A stretch of DNA of 64,000 nt from Nitrososphaerota archaeon (GTDB lineage Archaea; Thermoproteota; EX4484-205; JAAOZP01): positions 1-64,000 of the forward strand of contig JAAOZP010000011.1 of assembly GCA_011605725.1 (NCBI GenBank). The letters run 5' to 3'. Positions 20,113 to 28,156 of this stretch are shown here, piece after piece. A program made the translations under genes and the position numbers. Positions within the stretch are counted from its first letter, which is position 1, and each line of letters opens with the position of its first letter. The notes below the pieces were generated by a model. It was not told the origin of the DNA, ran no database searches, and saw nothing but the letters and a program-made list of their open reading frames with translations.

Positions 20113-20817
20113 TTGACTGAGCTACTCTATATGGATGATTCGTATTTGAAGGAGTTCGAAGCCAGGGTTGTTGAAGTCTCGGGAGACAGTGTAGTGCTTG
20201 ACAAGACGGCATTTCACCCTAGGGGAGGAGGTCTTCCAGAAGACACCGGGGCTCTTATTAAAGAAGGGAGGAAAGTAAAAGTCGTTCAGGTATCAAGCGA
20301 AGGGGGAAGGGTCCTGCATTCCGCGCCAGGTCACGGGTTTAGCGTGGGCGATACTGTCAAAGGTGTCCTGGATTGGGAGAGAAGATACCTAATCATGAGG
20401 ATGCACACAGGTATTCACGCTTTAGCATCGGTTTTCAATAAGAGGGCTGGGGCCCTGATAACTGGGAACCAGGTTAACGTGGATAAGTCTAGGCTCGACC
20501 TGAACCTTGAGAAGATGGATAGGGCCCTGATAGATGATGTTTTCCGTGAAACTAACACGGAGCTCGCATCAGGAAGGACGGTTAAGATATACTATCTTCC
20601 AAGAGAAGAGGCCCTTAAGATACCTGGGATAGTTAAGCTGGCCGAGGCAGCGCCGCCCAGTGTTGAAAGGCTCAGGATAGTTGAGATAGAGGGGCTGGAT
20701 ATTCAGGCTGACGGCGGGCCTCACGTAGCTAACACAAAGGAAGTTGGGGAGCTAGTCCTCTTAAAAGTCGAAAACAAGGGGAGGAACAATAGGAGAGTTT
20801 ACTTCACGCTTAAATAA
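20113..20817 (+). CDS. alaXM: Alanyl-tRNA editing protein AlaX-M
   Basis: LLYMDDSYLKEFEA, FHPRGGG..D.G, RMHTGIH, QADGGPHV. Confidence 0.92.
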   Translation: MTELLYMDDSYLKEFEARVVEVSGDSVVLDKTAFHPRGGGLPEDTGALIKEGRKVKVVQVSSEGGRVLHSAPGHGFSVGDTVKGVLDWERRYLIMRMHTGIHALASVFNKRAGALITGNQVNVDKSRLDLNLEKMDRALIDDVFRETNTELASGRTVKIYYLPREEALKIPGIVKLAEAAPPSVERLRIVEIEGLDIQADGGPHVANTKEVGELVLLKVENKGRNNRRVYFTLK

Positions 20818-20941
20818 CTGTATAGCGTGCACTGGAAAAACAAAAAATCTTTTGAATGTCCAACAGTTAAGGCAAGTTTAACCTGATTTCAACCTACTTG
20901 CAGATACTAATCAAAAATGGGGAAAATAAGGGAGGTTTTAT

Positions 20942-21925
20942 TTACATGCAAGGAAGCCCATAGCTATAGTAAAAGTTTACATTGCCCCAATGATTCTCTC
21001 CACCCCAGCAATCGTGACCCACTTGGGCAGTATTTTCAAAATTCACTGAGAGGAAAGGAGGCACGTAGTAAAGAAGAGCAGATGCTCTACCTCTCGCCTC
21101 CACATAACAGGCAGTTGTATGTTGCCCTGAAACTTCTTTATTTAACCAGCATGTCGTCCAAAGTGGAAAGTGAACTTGATGAGAAGTATATGCATAAACC
21201 CAAATTTCAACCCCATAGTTCCAGTAAAAATCTCCTGCTGCAGTCACCGAATATATCAAATTAGAGCCTAGATAAGCGGATGTCGTAGTCCAATCATAAG
21301 TATGGTAGATGGTTCCTTCTACGTAAGTTATAGAATTTATTTGAATCGGGATTTCATAGTAAGTTGCTTCTCCCTTTACTTCGTAATGAATTTTCTCATT
21401 GGTTGTATCATTGTAGGACTTTGAATAAAACGTCCTTAGGATAAAAATGCCTACTTGAGTCGTTTTTTCTAAAACATCTATCTTACCTTTGGATAGCTTC
21501 CAAGAAACCTCAAGATAATGGTTAGGTTTGTCCGTTGAAAAAATTGTTATATAATAGTTCTCTATAACTTCAAATGTAGCAACCTCTTCAAAGGGAAACA
21601 TTCTCTTCAAGATCTCTTTACTTTGAGGCTCTATCTCCACTCTTTTATAAGGAAAACTTTTTGGAATTCTGTTAAATTTATTTATGAATGCTTGAGTTGT
21701 ATTGATTACTTCCGGCATATTATTTTGTGGAAACTCAATTCTAAAACTTACGTTCGTGTTCATACAGGAAGGACAAAAGGGGCCGAGCCTGCTGCTTATC
21801 CCCATCGAGAATGGAATAGTGCTAATTGTAAGAAAACTAATGCATCCAATAGTTAGGAAGATCAGGAAAGACCCATATGAAATTATCTGATCCCAGAACC
21901 TTGGATTCTTTACTCCCTCTTTCAT
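20942..21925 (-). CDS. Hypothetical exported / membrane-anchored protein (AT-rich, aromatic-rich beta C-terminus)
   Basis: Long open frame; TM near the N-terminus; start placed at ATG 21925, uncertain. Confidence 0.6.
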   Translation of the reverse strand: MKEGVKNPRFWDQIISYGSFLIFLTIGCISFLTISTIPFSMGISSRLGPFCPSCMNTNVSFRIEFPQNNMPEVINTTQAFINKFNRIPKSFPYKRVEIEPQSKEILKRMFPFEEVATFEVIENYYITIFSTDKPNHYLEVSWKLSKGKIDVLEKTTQVGIFILRTFYSKSYNDTTNEKIHYEVKGEATYYEIPIQINSITYVEGTIYHTYDWTTTSAYLGSNLIYSVTAAGDFYWNYGVEIWVYAYTSHQVHFPLWTTCWLNKEVSGQHTTACYVEARGRASALLYYVPPFLSVNFENTAQVGHDCWGGENHWGNVNFYYSYGLPCM

Positions 21926-21958
21926 AAACCAATGTAGTTGCCAACTTAATATAAGTTT

Positions 21959-22146
21959 TGCGCGCGCTTTTTTACGAATATAATTTATTGGGCACACGCT
22001 GATATACTTCATGGAAATGGTAAGATATTAGCACGCGTCAGTGTAGGTAAGGCATATAATTTATCAGGTAAGCTATAGATATAGCAGATATTAATGGTAA
22101 ATACGTTAGCGCGTGCTTACAAATATAAATTATCGAACGCGTGCTG
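21959..22146. repeat. Cluster of five AGC(RY)n motif copies in mixed orientation
   Basis: TGCGCGCGCT (21959), GGCACACGCTG (21991), TAGCACGCGT (22029), TAGCGCGTGCT (22107), AACGCGTGCTG (22136). Confidence 0.6.
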
Positions 22147-22207
22147 TGATATCTACAACGAGCTATAAAGCAAGGTTTTAATACTACTTTAAAACTAGTT
22201 TTTATTA

Positions 22208-22479
22208 ATGACCGAGAAAATTACTTCCCTGAAACTCGATTCAGAGCTTTGGAGGAGGGTGAAACTACTTGCGATAAAAGGGGGGTTACTCTTAAAAGTT
22301 TAATTGAAGAATTGCTTGCCCTTGAGGTTTAGGGAGAAGAATTTTTCGAAGGCGAAATGCGAGTTTCAAAGGAACTGTTAGCAGCTTTGGAAGAAAGGAG
22401 GAAGAAAGGAAGAGTACCTTTTGTCATCAAATCGAAGAAAAGCGCTATTGAACTTGTAAGAGAAGGAAGGGGAGAATGA
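22208..22479 (+). pseudogene. RHH-type antitoxin pseudogene
   Basis: MTEKITSLKLDSELWRRVKLLAIK, then a frameshift in a G run, then VTLKSLIEELL..., an in-frame TAG, and ...SAIELVREGRGE*. Confidence 0.7.
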
Positions 22480-22486
22480 AAGTAAG

Positions 22487-23001
22487 TTGGATACTCCTAG
22501 CTACTACGTTGACACCGGCCTCATAATAGCCAGTATAAACCGTTGGACGAACTGTATGAGGATTCTAACGCGTTTTTTGAAAGCAACTTTAACTTCGTAA
22601 TATCCCCGATTACACTCGTTGAATTATATTGCGTTCTCTCAAGATTGAGAAATGAGCTTGACATTCCGTTTAAAGCAGAACCTTTAATGGATACACTGGT
22701 AACATTCATAATAAAAGACTGTAGGCTTAAGTTATTATCAAAAAGTTACTGCATAAAAAGGGATTTCGCTGGATATGCTTGTAGAATTAGTTTGGAGCAC
22801 TACGTTGCAACTAAGCTGGCAGGCTCATTATGCCTTAGAACACTGGATATGCTCCACCTGTCTTATGCGTGGATTCTGAAGAAAACATCCGGCATAAATC
22901 TATTCGCCACTGGAGACGAAGAAATACTTCAAAAAGCAGAGAGCATAAGAAAAAGCCTTGGTATCAAAGTTTATCATCCGAAACAAGCAGTGCGAGCCTA
23001 A
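22487..23001 (+). pseudogene. PIN-domain (VapC) toxin, frameshifted near the N-terminus
   Basis: YYVDTGLII is in a different frame from ...YKPLDELY...ISPITLVEL...LRTLDMLHL...FATGD. Confidence 0.75.
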
Positions 23002-23275
23002 AAATATGCTATACTTGGAAAAGGACAAGATATTTAACACCGTCATCATTTCCAATTCGCTTCAAATCCCATAGGCTTCCTCAACTACCTTCTATACTGT
23101 TCTTATTCCCCTTCATCTCATTTTAGCGTGCGCGGAATAACGATCTTTAACCATCGAGATTCATCAAACCCTGTTTGAGGAAGAGGATAGATAACCATAA
23201 AACGGAGCAGAGACTCTACCTGCTGCCCCCATGTAACAGGGTGGAGATATCAAGAGTAAATACATTATTAGCCGG

Positions 23276-23449
23276 CTACAACGCAAGTAAGGTTTTACTT
23301 TTTCCGACTTGCCGCGTCACTAGGTCAACTTCAAGCCAAGGCTTAGAAAGCCTTGTAAGCCAAATATGCTCTCATCTTCTTTAGCGAAAGCCAGGATTGT
23401 AAGTGCTTCCTCCCCCTTCATATTTTACGAGAACATGCCCTACATCTCT
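23276..23449 (-). pseudogene. C-terminal remnant of a clan AA (AF_0612-like) aspartyl protease
   Basis: With two frameshifts it reads RDVGHVLVKYEG-EEALTILAFAKEDESIFG...SLG-EVDLVTRQVGK..LLAL*; it begins exactly at the TAGCGCGCG motif (23450). Confidence 0.55.
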
Positions 23450-23580
23450 TAGCGCGCGAAGCAAAATGCTGACAAAATACAATTTTGAAGAGGATATAAA
23501 AAGCTTCTACAAAAATGGAGAACAAGTATAGTACGGTAACGCATTCAAGATGCTAAATCAGCTTTTGCAGTACTACAGTA

Positions 23581-23685
23581 TCAAGCCAGAGAATCCTTCG
23601 ACCATCTACTCCAATTGCTCCATTGTGTGTCTTTATTTTTTAGAGGTATTATTCTTGGTTTTTCTAATCGCTTCTCTTGTTTCAT
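23581..23685 (-). CDS. Putative RiPP precursor peptide, 34 aa: MKQEKRLEKPRIIPLKNKDTQWSNWSRWSKDSLA
   Basis: Manual translation; GGTGA RBS (23691-23695) 5 nt before ATG; KPxxxxL-type leader; core of three W-S-x triplets; divergent from the RRE and rSAM genes. Confidence 0.8.
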   Translation of the reverse strand: MKQEKRLEKPRIIPLKNKDTQWSNWSRWSKDSLA

Positions 23686-23823
23686 TTCTATCACCGTTGT
23701 TTTTCCTTTTGGAAAACTTTTAAATCTTTACTTCAGATTTTTTTAAAAAAAATAAAGAAATGTGTACTAGCTTTACTTTTCAGCAAAATATTTAAGACAC
23801 CACACTATGGATTTTTAAACGTA

Positions 23824-24195
23824 TTGGAAAATAAATATATCGGATTATGCCAAAGAAAGAAAGTATCGCTTTCCAAAAAGTCAAGAATTATGCTTAGTCC
23901 TGAGTATACTTTAAGGCTTGAATATTTCGGGGGACTATTATATAATAGGATCACACATGACCTATTCGCCCTTAATGAAAGTGCTGCTGATATGCTTTTT
24001 CTTACCCAATATTCTTTATCAATAGAAGAAATTACTGAAGCATTGAGCAAAGGTGTAAATGAAGGGAAGGATTCGGCAAGCTCAATCATCGAGTTTTTGG
24101 ATTCTCTGTGGATAGCCGGAGTTATAAGGAAAAGTGAGAAGCATGGAAACTTAAATAGGGCTTTAAGTATATTAGGAAAGGTCAGAAACTTGTGA
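23824..24195 (+). CDS. PqqD-family RiPP recognition element (RRE), MftB/PqqD-like (start TTG 23824 or ATG 23890)
   Basis: LSPEYTLRLEYFGGLLYN...FALNESAADML...SIEEITEAL...IIEFLDSLWIAGVI; GTGA overlap with the rSAM gene. Confidence 0.8.
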   Translation: MENKYIGLCQRKKVSLSKKSRIMLSPEYTLRLEYFGGLLYNRITHDLFALNESAADMLFLTQYSLSIEEITEALSKGVNEGKDSASSIIEFLDSLWIAGVIRKSEKHGNLNRALSILGKVRNL

Positions 24196-25265
24196 ATAGC
24201 CTTAGCTATTTATCAGCTCCGATAGAAGCATTTATTCACTTAACATGGAGTTGTAATATGAGATGTGGTTTCTGTTTTGTAAATGCACCACGAAAACTTT
24301 TACGTAGTCAGTTAGCTTTGCATGAGATAAAAAGAACTATAGATGAATTAGCTGGGATGGGTGTACTGGAGCTGACTATAACAGGTGGTGATCCGCTTTT
24401 AAGCCCCATGTTTATTGAAGTAGCTGAGTATGCAAAAGAGAAAGGACTTATAGTAAACGCTACTATAAATAGTTTGCTTATTAATGAAAATGTAGTAAAC
24501 GAGTTGATAGAAAATCACATCAATGTGCAAGTTCCTTTACATGGTCCAGCCCGTGAACTTCATGATGAATTAACTAACACTCCTGGATCTTTTGATAAAA
24601 CATTAAATGCTATTACACTTTTAGTTAAAGCAGGAGTTAACGTGACGGTTGCAACAACTTTACAGAGAGCAAATAAAGATGTAATTCTTAATATGGTACC
24701 ATTGATTAAATCGCTAGGAGTGAATTTATGGAATATTACGGAGCTGAAACCTGTCGGAAGGGCAAATTTTTCAATGACAATCCCTCTTTATGAACGTCTG
24801 GGACTCCTTAAGGAATTAGAGGAGGAAGCAAAGAAGTATGGTATTCGAATAACAGCCGAGAGAGCATTTTGGTTTATTAATGAGTGTTTTAAAGATTTAC
24901 GCCACATTCTTACCACTGAAGAAGGCCATAAACTTTTTACTCGATGTGGTGCAAGAGTTGGACGATATACTGAAATTACACCTGACGGATTTGTTTATCC
25001 CTGTGATTTGTCACTCGGTCTCGGGTCTAATGAATTCATTGCAGGAGATTTACGCGGACAAACATTCAAAGAGATATGGCACTCATCACCTCTTCTTAGG
25101 AAGATCAGGAGTATTAGAAAAGAGGATATGCATGGAAAATGTAGAGAATGCCATTATTTTGACATCTGCGGAGGAAAATGCAGAGTCTTGGCGTATAAGT
25201 ATTATGGCGATCTTTATGCTAGCGCGCGCGCTTTCATTTCATACTCCAAAGTCTGCAAACCGTAA
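24192..25265 (+). CDS. Radical SAM/SPASM peptide maturase (PqqE/MftC-like superfamily); C-terminal tail apparently replaced
   Basis: CNMRCGFC; TGGDPLL; SPASM CGA...ITPDGFVYPC and CRECHYFDICGGKCR...GDLYAS. Confidence 0.92.
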   Translation: MNSLSYLSAPIEAFIHLTWSCNMRCGFCFVNAPRKLLRSQLALHEIKRTIDELAGMGVLELTITGGDPLLSPMFIEVAEYAKEKGLIVNATINSLLINENVVNELIENHINVQVPLHGPARELHDELTNTPGSFDKTLNAITLLVKAGVNVTVATTLQRANKDVILNMVPLIKSLGVNLWNITELKPVGRANFSMTIPLYERLGLLKELEEEAKKYGIRITAERAFWFINECFKDLRHILTTEEGHKLFTRCGARVGRYTEITPDGFVYPCDLSLGLGSNEFIAGDLRGQTFKEIWHSSPLLRKIRSIRKEDMHGKCRECHYFDICGGKCRVLAYKYYGDLYASARAFISYSKVCKP

Positions 25266-25605
25266 GGAAGACTACATCGTATCACTTAAGATAGTTGGGC
25301 ATGAACTCCTTCATATGTATCTGGACTTAGAGTTCCTCAGAAAAACCTTCTTAACTATTAGTCCTGGTATGTATCTTGTGGAACCTAGCAATAGGTTAGT
25401 GGAGATAGAAGAAGCTATAGCGGAGGCCGTTTCCAGTATTATAGTAAAAAATATATTGGGTAATGGAGCAGTAGCTATATTAAGCCTATCAAAATATGCT
25501 CGTAGCTATAATTCACATGTCCTAAATGAAGTCATCAGCTTAGAAAAGGTACCTCGAAAGTTCTTATCTATGTTAGTAAAAAACAGGGATGTTACGCCTT
25601 GCTGA
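25230..25605 (+). pseudogene. C-terminal part of an HExxH (gluzincin-like) metallopeptidase, probably 5'-truncated
   Basis: VGHELLH...IEEAIAE; the stop overlaps the MFS start. The upstream part of track ORF 24880-25605 is an alternate frame inside the rSAM gene. Confidence 0.6.
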
Positions 25606-26813
25606 TCTCTAGACTAAGAGAATCTGCTTACTTTGCTCTGTTCAAGTGTCACAACGTCAGGACCCTTATAATAGCGGATTTTATAGAAACCCTTGCAGTA
25701 GCCTGTCTCTTTGGTTACTATCTAAAAATGTTGATGTATGATATGGGTGGTGCTGAACTCCTGGGCATCTATTCGACGCTCAGTAACACGCTCTTATGGT
25801 TTACTCCTATGCTGGGAGGAACGTTCAGCGATGCTTTCGGAAGGAAGAAAATGATTCTGGCCTGCGTACTGTTCGGCGTTTTAGACCTAGTGATGCTCGC
25901 CGCCATCCGCTTTCACACAGCTAAAGTGATTCTGGCACTGCTCCTCCAAGCATCGTTCATTATTGCTAGTCCGGCTAGAGCGGCGTTGCTCAGTGAATCC
26001 GTTCCGCCGGAACATGTTGGCAGAGCTTTCTCACTCCAACTTTTCATCGAAAACATTTCATCTATGGTGAGCTACATGGTGTTCGGCTACATATTATCAA
26101 CTGCGGATGTGTATATGGCGTTCATTGCTTCAGGCCTACTCTTTTCTACTTCTCTAATCCTATACATGTATACTCATGAAACGTTAAAACGGAAGATGAC
26201 TCAGCCAAACTTTTTCTCTGCCCTACTAAAAACATTTATTAAAGGTATTAAGTTTGTCGGTAAACGAGCTCACCTACTTCTCCTCTTAGTATACTTTGCA
26301 TTTGATGGCTTCACGAGCTCTATAGCAGCTCCTTTCACTCCTGCGTTCCTGGGAGAGACGCTTTTCCTCAGTACCATGGAAATATCCATGCTCTACACAA
26401 TCTGTGGCATTGCAGTAATTATTGGTGTTCTCCTTATTGGTATTGTGGTTGATAAATTGAGGAAGAGCCTGATACTACTTATCACTAAGGATGCCTTTGC
26501 TTTCCCGCTTCTTCTGGCATTCGCGTTAGCTCCCCCGTTAATGGCGGCGGCATCGATGGTCGCTTTAGCCTTTATCGAACAATTTAGCATAGGAGTGAAC
26601 CGATACGTGGTTGAAAAGACTGAGTCGGAGCACAGGAGCTTGGTATTTGGGCTTATAAACACCGTGAAACAAATATCTGGAATACCGGGTCCTCTGATGG
26701 GGATCCTCCTATGGAAAATCTCTCCTCGCATCGTCTTCGTAACTCCTGCCGTAACTATACCGCTGGGCATCATAATACTACTCATGGCGCTTAGGCTTGA
26801 TAAAACGTCCTAG
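25599..26813 (+). CDS. MFS transporter (DHA-like exporter), probable RiPP export/immunity
   Basis: GGTFSDAFGRKK motif A; ALLSESVPPEHVGRAFS; about 12 TM; coupled to the upstream ORF. Confidence 0.85.
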   Translation: MLISRLRESAYFALFKCHNVRTLIIADFIETLAVACLFGYYLKMLMYDMGGAELLGIYSTLSNTLLWFTPMLGGTFSDAFGRKKMILACVLFGVLDLVMLAAIRFHTAKVILALLLQASFIIASPARAALLSESVPPEHVGRAFSLQLFIENISSMVSYMVFGYILSTADVYMAFIASGLLFSTSLILYMYTHETLKRKMTQPNFFSALLKTFIKGIKFVGKRAHLLLLLVYFAFDGFTSSIAAPFTPAFLGETLFLSTMEISMLYTICGIAVIIGVLLIGIVVDKLRKSLILLITKDAFAFPLLLAFALAPPLMAAASMVALAFIEQFSIGVNRYVVEKTESEHRSLVFGLINTVKQISGIPGPLMGILLWKISPRIVFVTPAVTIPLGIIILLMALRLDKTS

Positions 26814-26950
26814 ACCTTAATCTGAGGAATCGTTACAACGCCATTACACGATAACTGGAAGATGAGCTTCAACCTCACCACTCTTGTTCCAATAAGTCTT
26901 CATCTGCAACCGGCATGCTTAAATAATGCTGCATTGAAAAAGCTATTAGC

Positions 26951-27127
26951 GTGATCAAGCCTGAGACTGCACGTGGAATGGCTGCTCTCGCCAGGTTGAG
27001 GAACCTCATCGTGCACAGGTACTGGCTGGTTAATGACTCAAGGATCTATCGGGAGGCTAAAGCCTCCGGTATGCGGCTGATTAGCAAATTCGTTGAGGAG
27101 GTGAGGGAGTACGTCGAGAGAGGTTAA
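26951..27127 (+). pseudogene. HEPN (DUF86) toxin, C-terminal half only
   Basis: VIKPETARGMAALARLRNLIVHRYW...REYVERG* with the RNxxxH motif; the fragment begins at TAGCGTG (26947). Confidence 0.75.
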
Positions 27128-27560
27128 GTACTATGAGGCGGGGTCACAGGAGAAGGAAGAGGCGCTAGAAAAGCTCCGTGAGTATCTTTCGCGGCATGGA
27201 GAAGTTCTTGTGGCTGTGGTTTACGGAGGCTTTACGCGGAGGAATTTCTTCAGAGACATGGATGTGGCAATTTATACAGGCGGCCTGGTTGAGGACCCGC
27301 TTAGCCTGGAGAGCGACCTTTGCATCGAGCTCTCAAAAGTGCTCCGTATCCCTGTTGACACCAGAGTTGTGGATGACGCTCCGCCATGGTTTAAGCTTAA
27401 AGTACTGACGAGCGGCATGGTGGTATATGAGAGGAAGCCTGGGGCTTCAACGTTGCTTCTAAAGGAAGCCGTTGGGATCTGCAAGATCTGGCAATTAAAC
27501 TTGCAACTAACCCGTAAGTCAACGCGATGCATAGGCTTACCCACGTATAGCGCGCGCTAA
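27111..27560 (+). pseudogene. Minimal nucleotidyltransferase (MNT) antitoxin, degraded
   Basis: VVYGGFTRRNFFRDMDVAIY...PVDTRVVDDAP. Expected start after the GGAGGTGA RBS is ACG. Probable 1-nt deletion near 27475 (GDLQDLAIKL is out of frame). Confidence 0.7.
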
Positions 27561-27640
27561 ACAGGCCATAGGGAGGTTCTGTCGGCCCACTCTTTTTTCA
27601 CCTTAGAAAGACATTTAAAAGCCGGGGAGCATCGAAAAAC

Positions 27641-28093
27641 ATGAGTAAAGCAGTTGAGTTTAGAAGAGTCGTCCAAGTCGGGATTGTTGTCAGAAGCATT
27701 GAGAGAAGCATAAGTGTTTGGGAGAATCTTCTTGGCCTAAAGGCTTCAAACATAGTTGAAACCGAGCCGCATGAGAAGACTGGCATGAAGTATAGGGGTA
27801 AGGCTGCGGAGGGAAGAGCCAAACTAGCATTCCTACAGCTTGAAAACATAACGATAGAGCTGATAGAGCCTGTTGGAGGGCCAAGCACATGGAGAGAATT
27901 TTTAGAAAAGCATGGTGAAGGGATTCATCATATTGCTTTCAACGTGAGCGATATGGAATCGGTTAAGAGTAATCTTAGGAAAATGGGCATAGGTATAGAG
28001 CAGGAGGGAGGTTTCACAGGAGGCTCGTACGCCTACACGGATCCGAAGAGTCCGCTGGGAATCATAATAGAGCTTCTCACGCATCACTCTTAG
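27641..28093 (+). CDS. VOC/glyoxalase family protein (methylmalonyl-CoA epimerase-like)
   Basis: QVGIVV, IELIEP, FLEKHGEGIHHIAF, IIEL. Confidence 0.85.
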   Translation: MSKAVEFRRVVQVGIVVRSIERSISVWENLLGLKASNIVETEPHEKTGMKYRGKAAEGRAKLAFLQLENITIELIEPVGGPSTWREFLEKHGEGIHHIAFNVSDMESVKSNLRKMGIGIEQEGGFTGGSYAYTDPKSPLGIIIELLTHHS

Positions 28094-28156
28094 CTTCCTG
28101 AAAACCGGCAATGAGGGTCGCAATATTTATATATGGTCTACGCATTATAAAACGGA

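Larger units (their letters stand above)
20820..27558. mobile_element. AT-rich mosaic island bounded by imperfect 14-bp direct repeats GTATAGCG(T/C)GC(A/G)CT
   Basis: Repeats at 20820-20833 and 27545-27558 (12/14 identical). Contents are AT-rich ORFs, TA pseudogenes and the RiPP cluster. No integrase seen. Confidence 0.5.

Noticed and set aside
20113-20817. Asp instead of Cys in the AlaX CxxxH motif (DGGPH)
   Set aside because: A variant I recognise from other archaeal AlaX-M proteins; not unusual.
21959-22146. Motif cluster as a CRISPR array
   Set aside because: Repeats are only about 10 bp, in mixed orientation and irregularly spaced, with no cas genes.
23550-23723. 57-aa hydrophobic plus-strand ORF (MLNQLLQYY...LLENF) as the precursor
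   Set aside because: It is the antisense shadow of the Lys/Glu-rich minus-strand peptide, which has the RBS and the Trp-triplet core.
24880-25229. N-terminal part of the 241-aa track ORF overlapping the rSAM gene
   Set aside because: It is an alternate frame across the conserved SPASM coding region with no recognisable features. Only the part after the 25220 junction looks like a real peptidase.
23824-25265. Mycofactocin or PQQ biosynthesis assignment
   Set aside because: No MftA (IDGxCGVY) or PqqA (ExxxY) peptide and no MftD/E/F or PqqB/C in the window.
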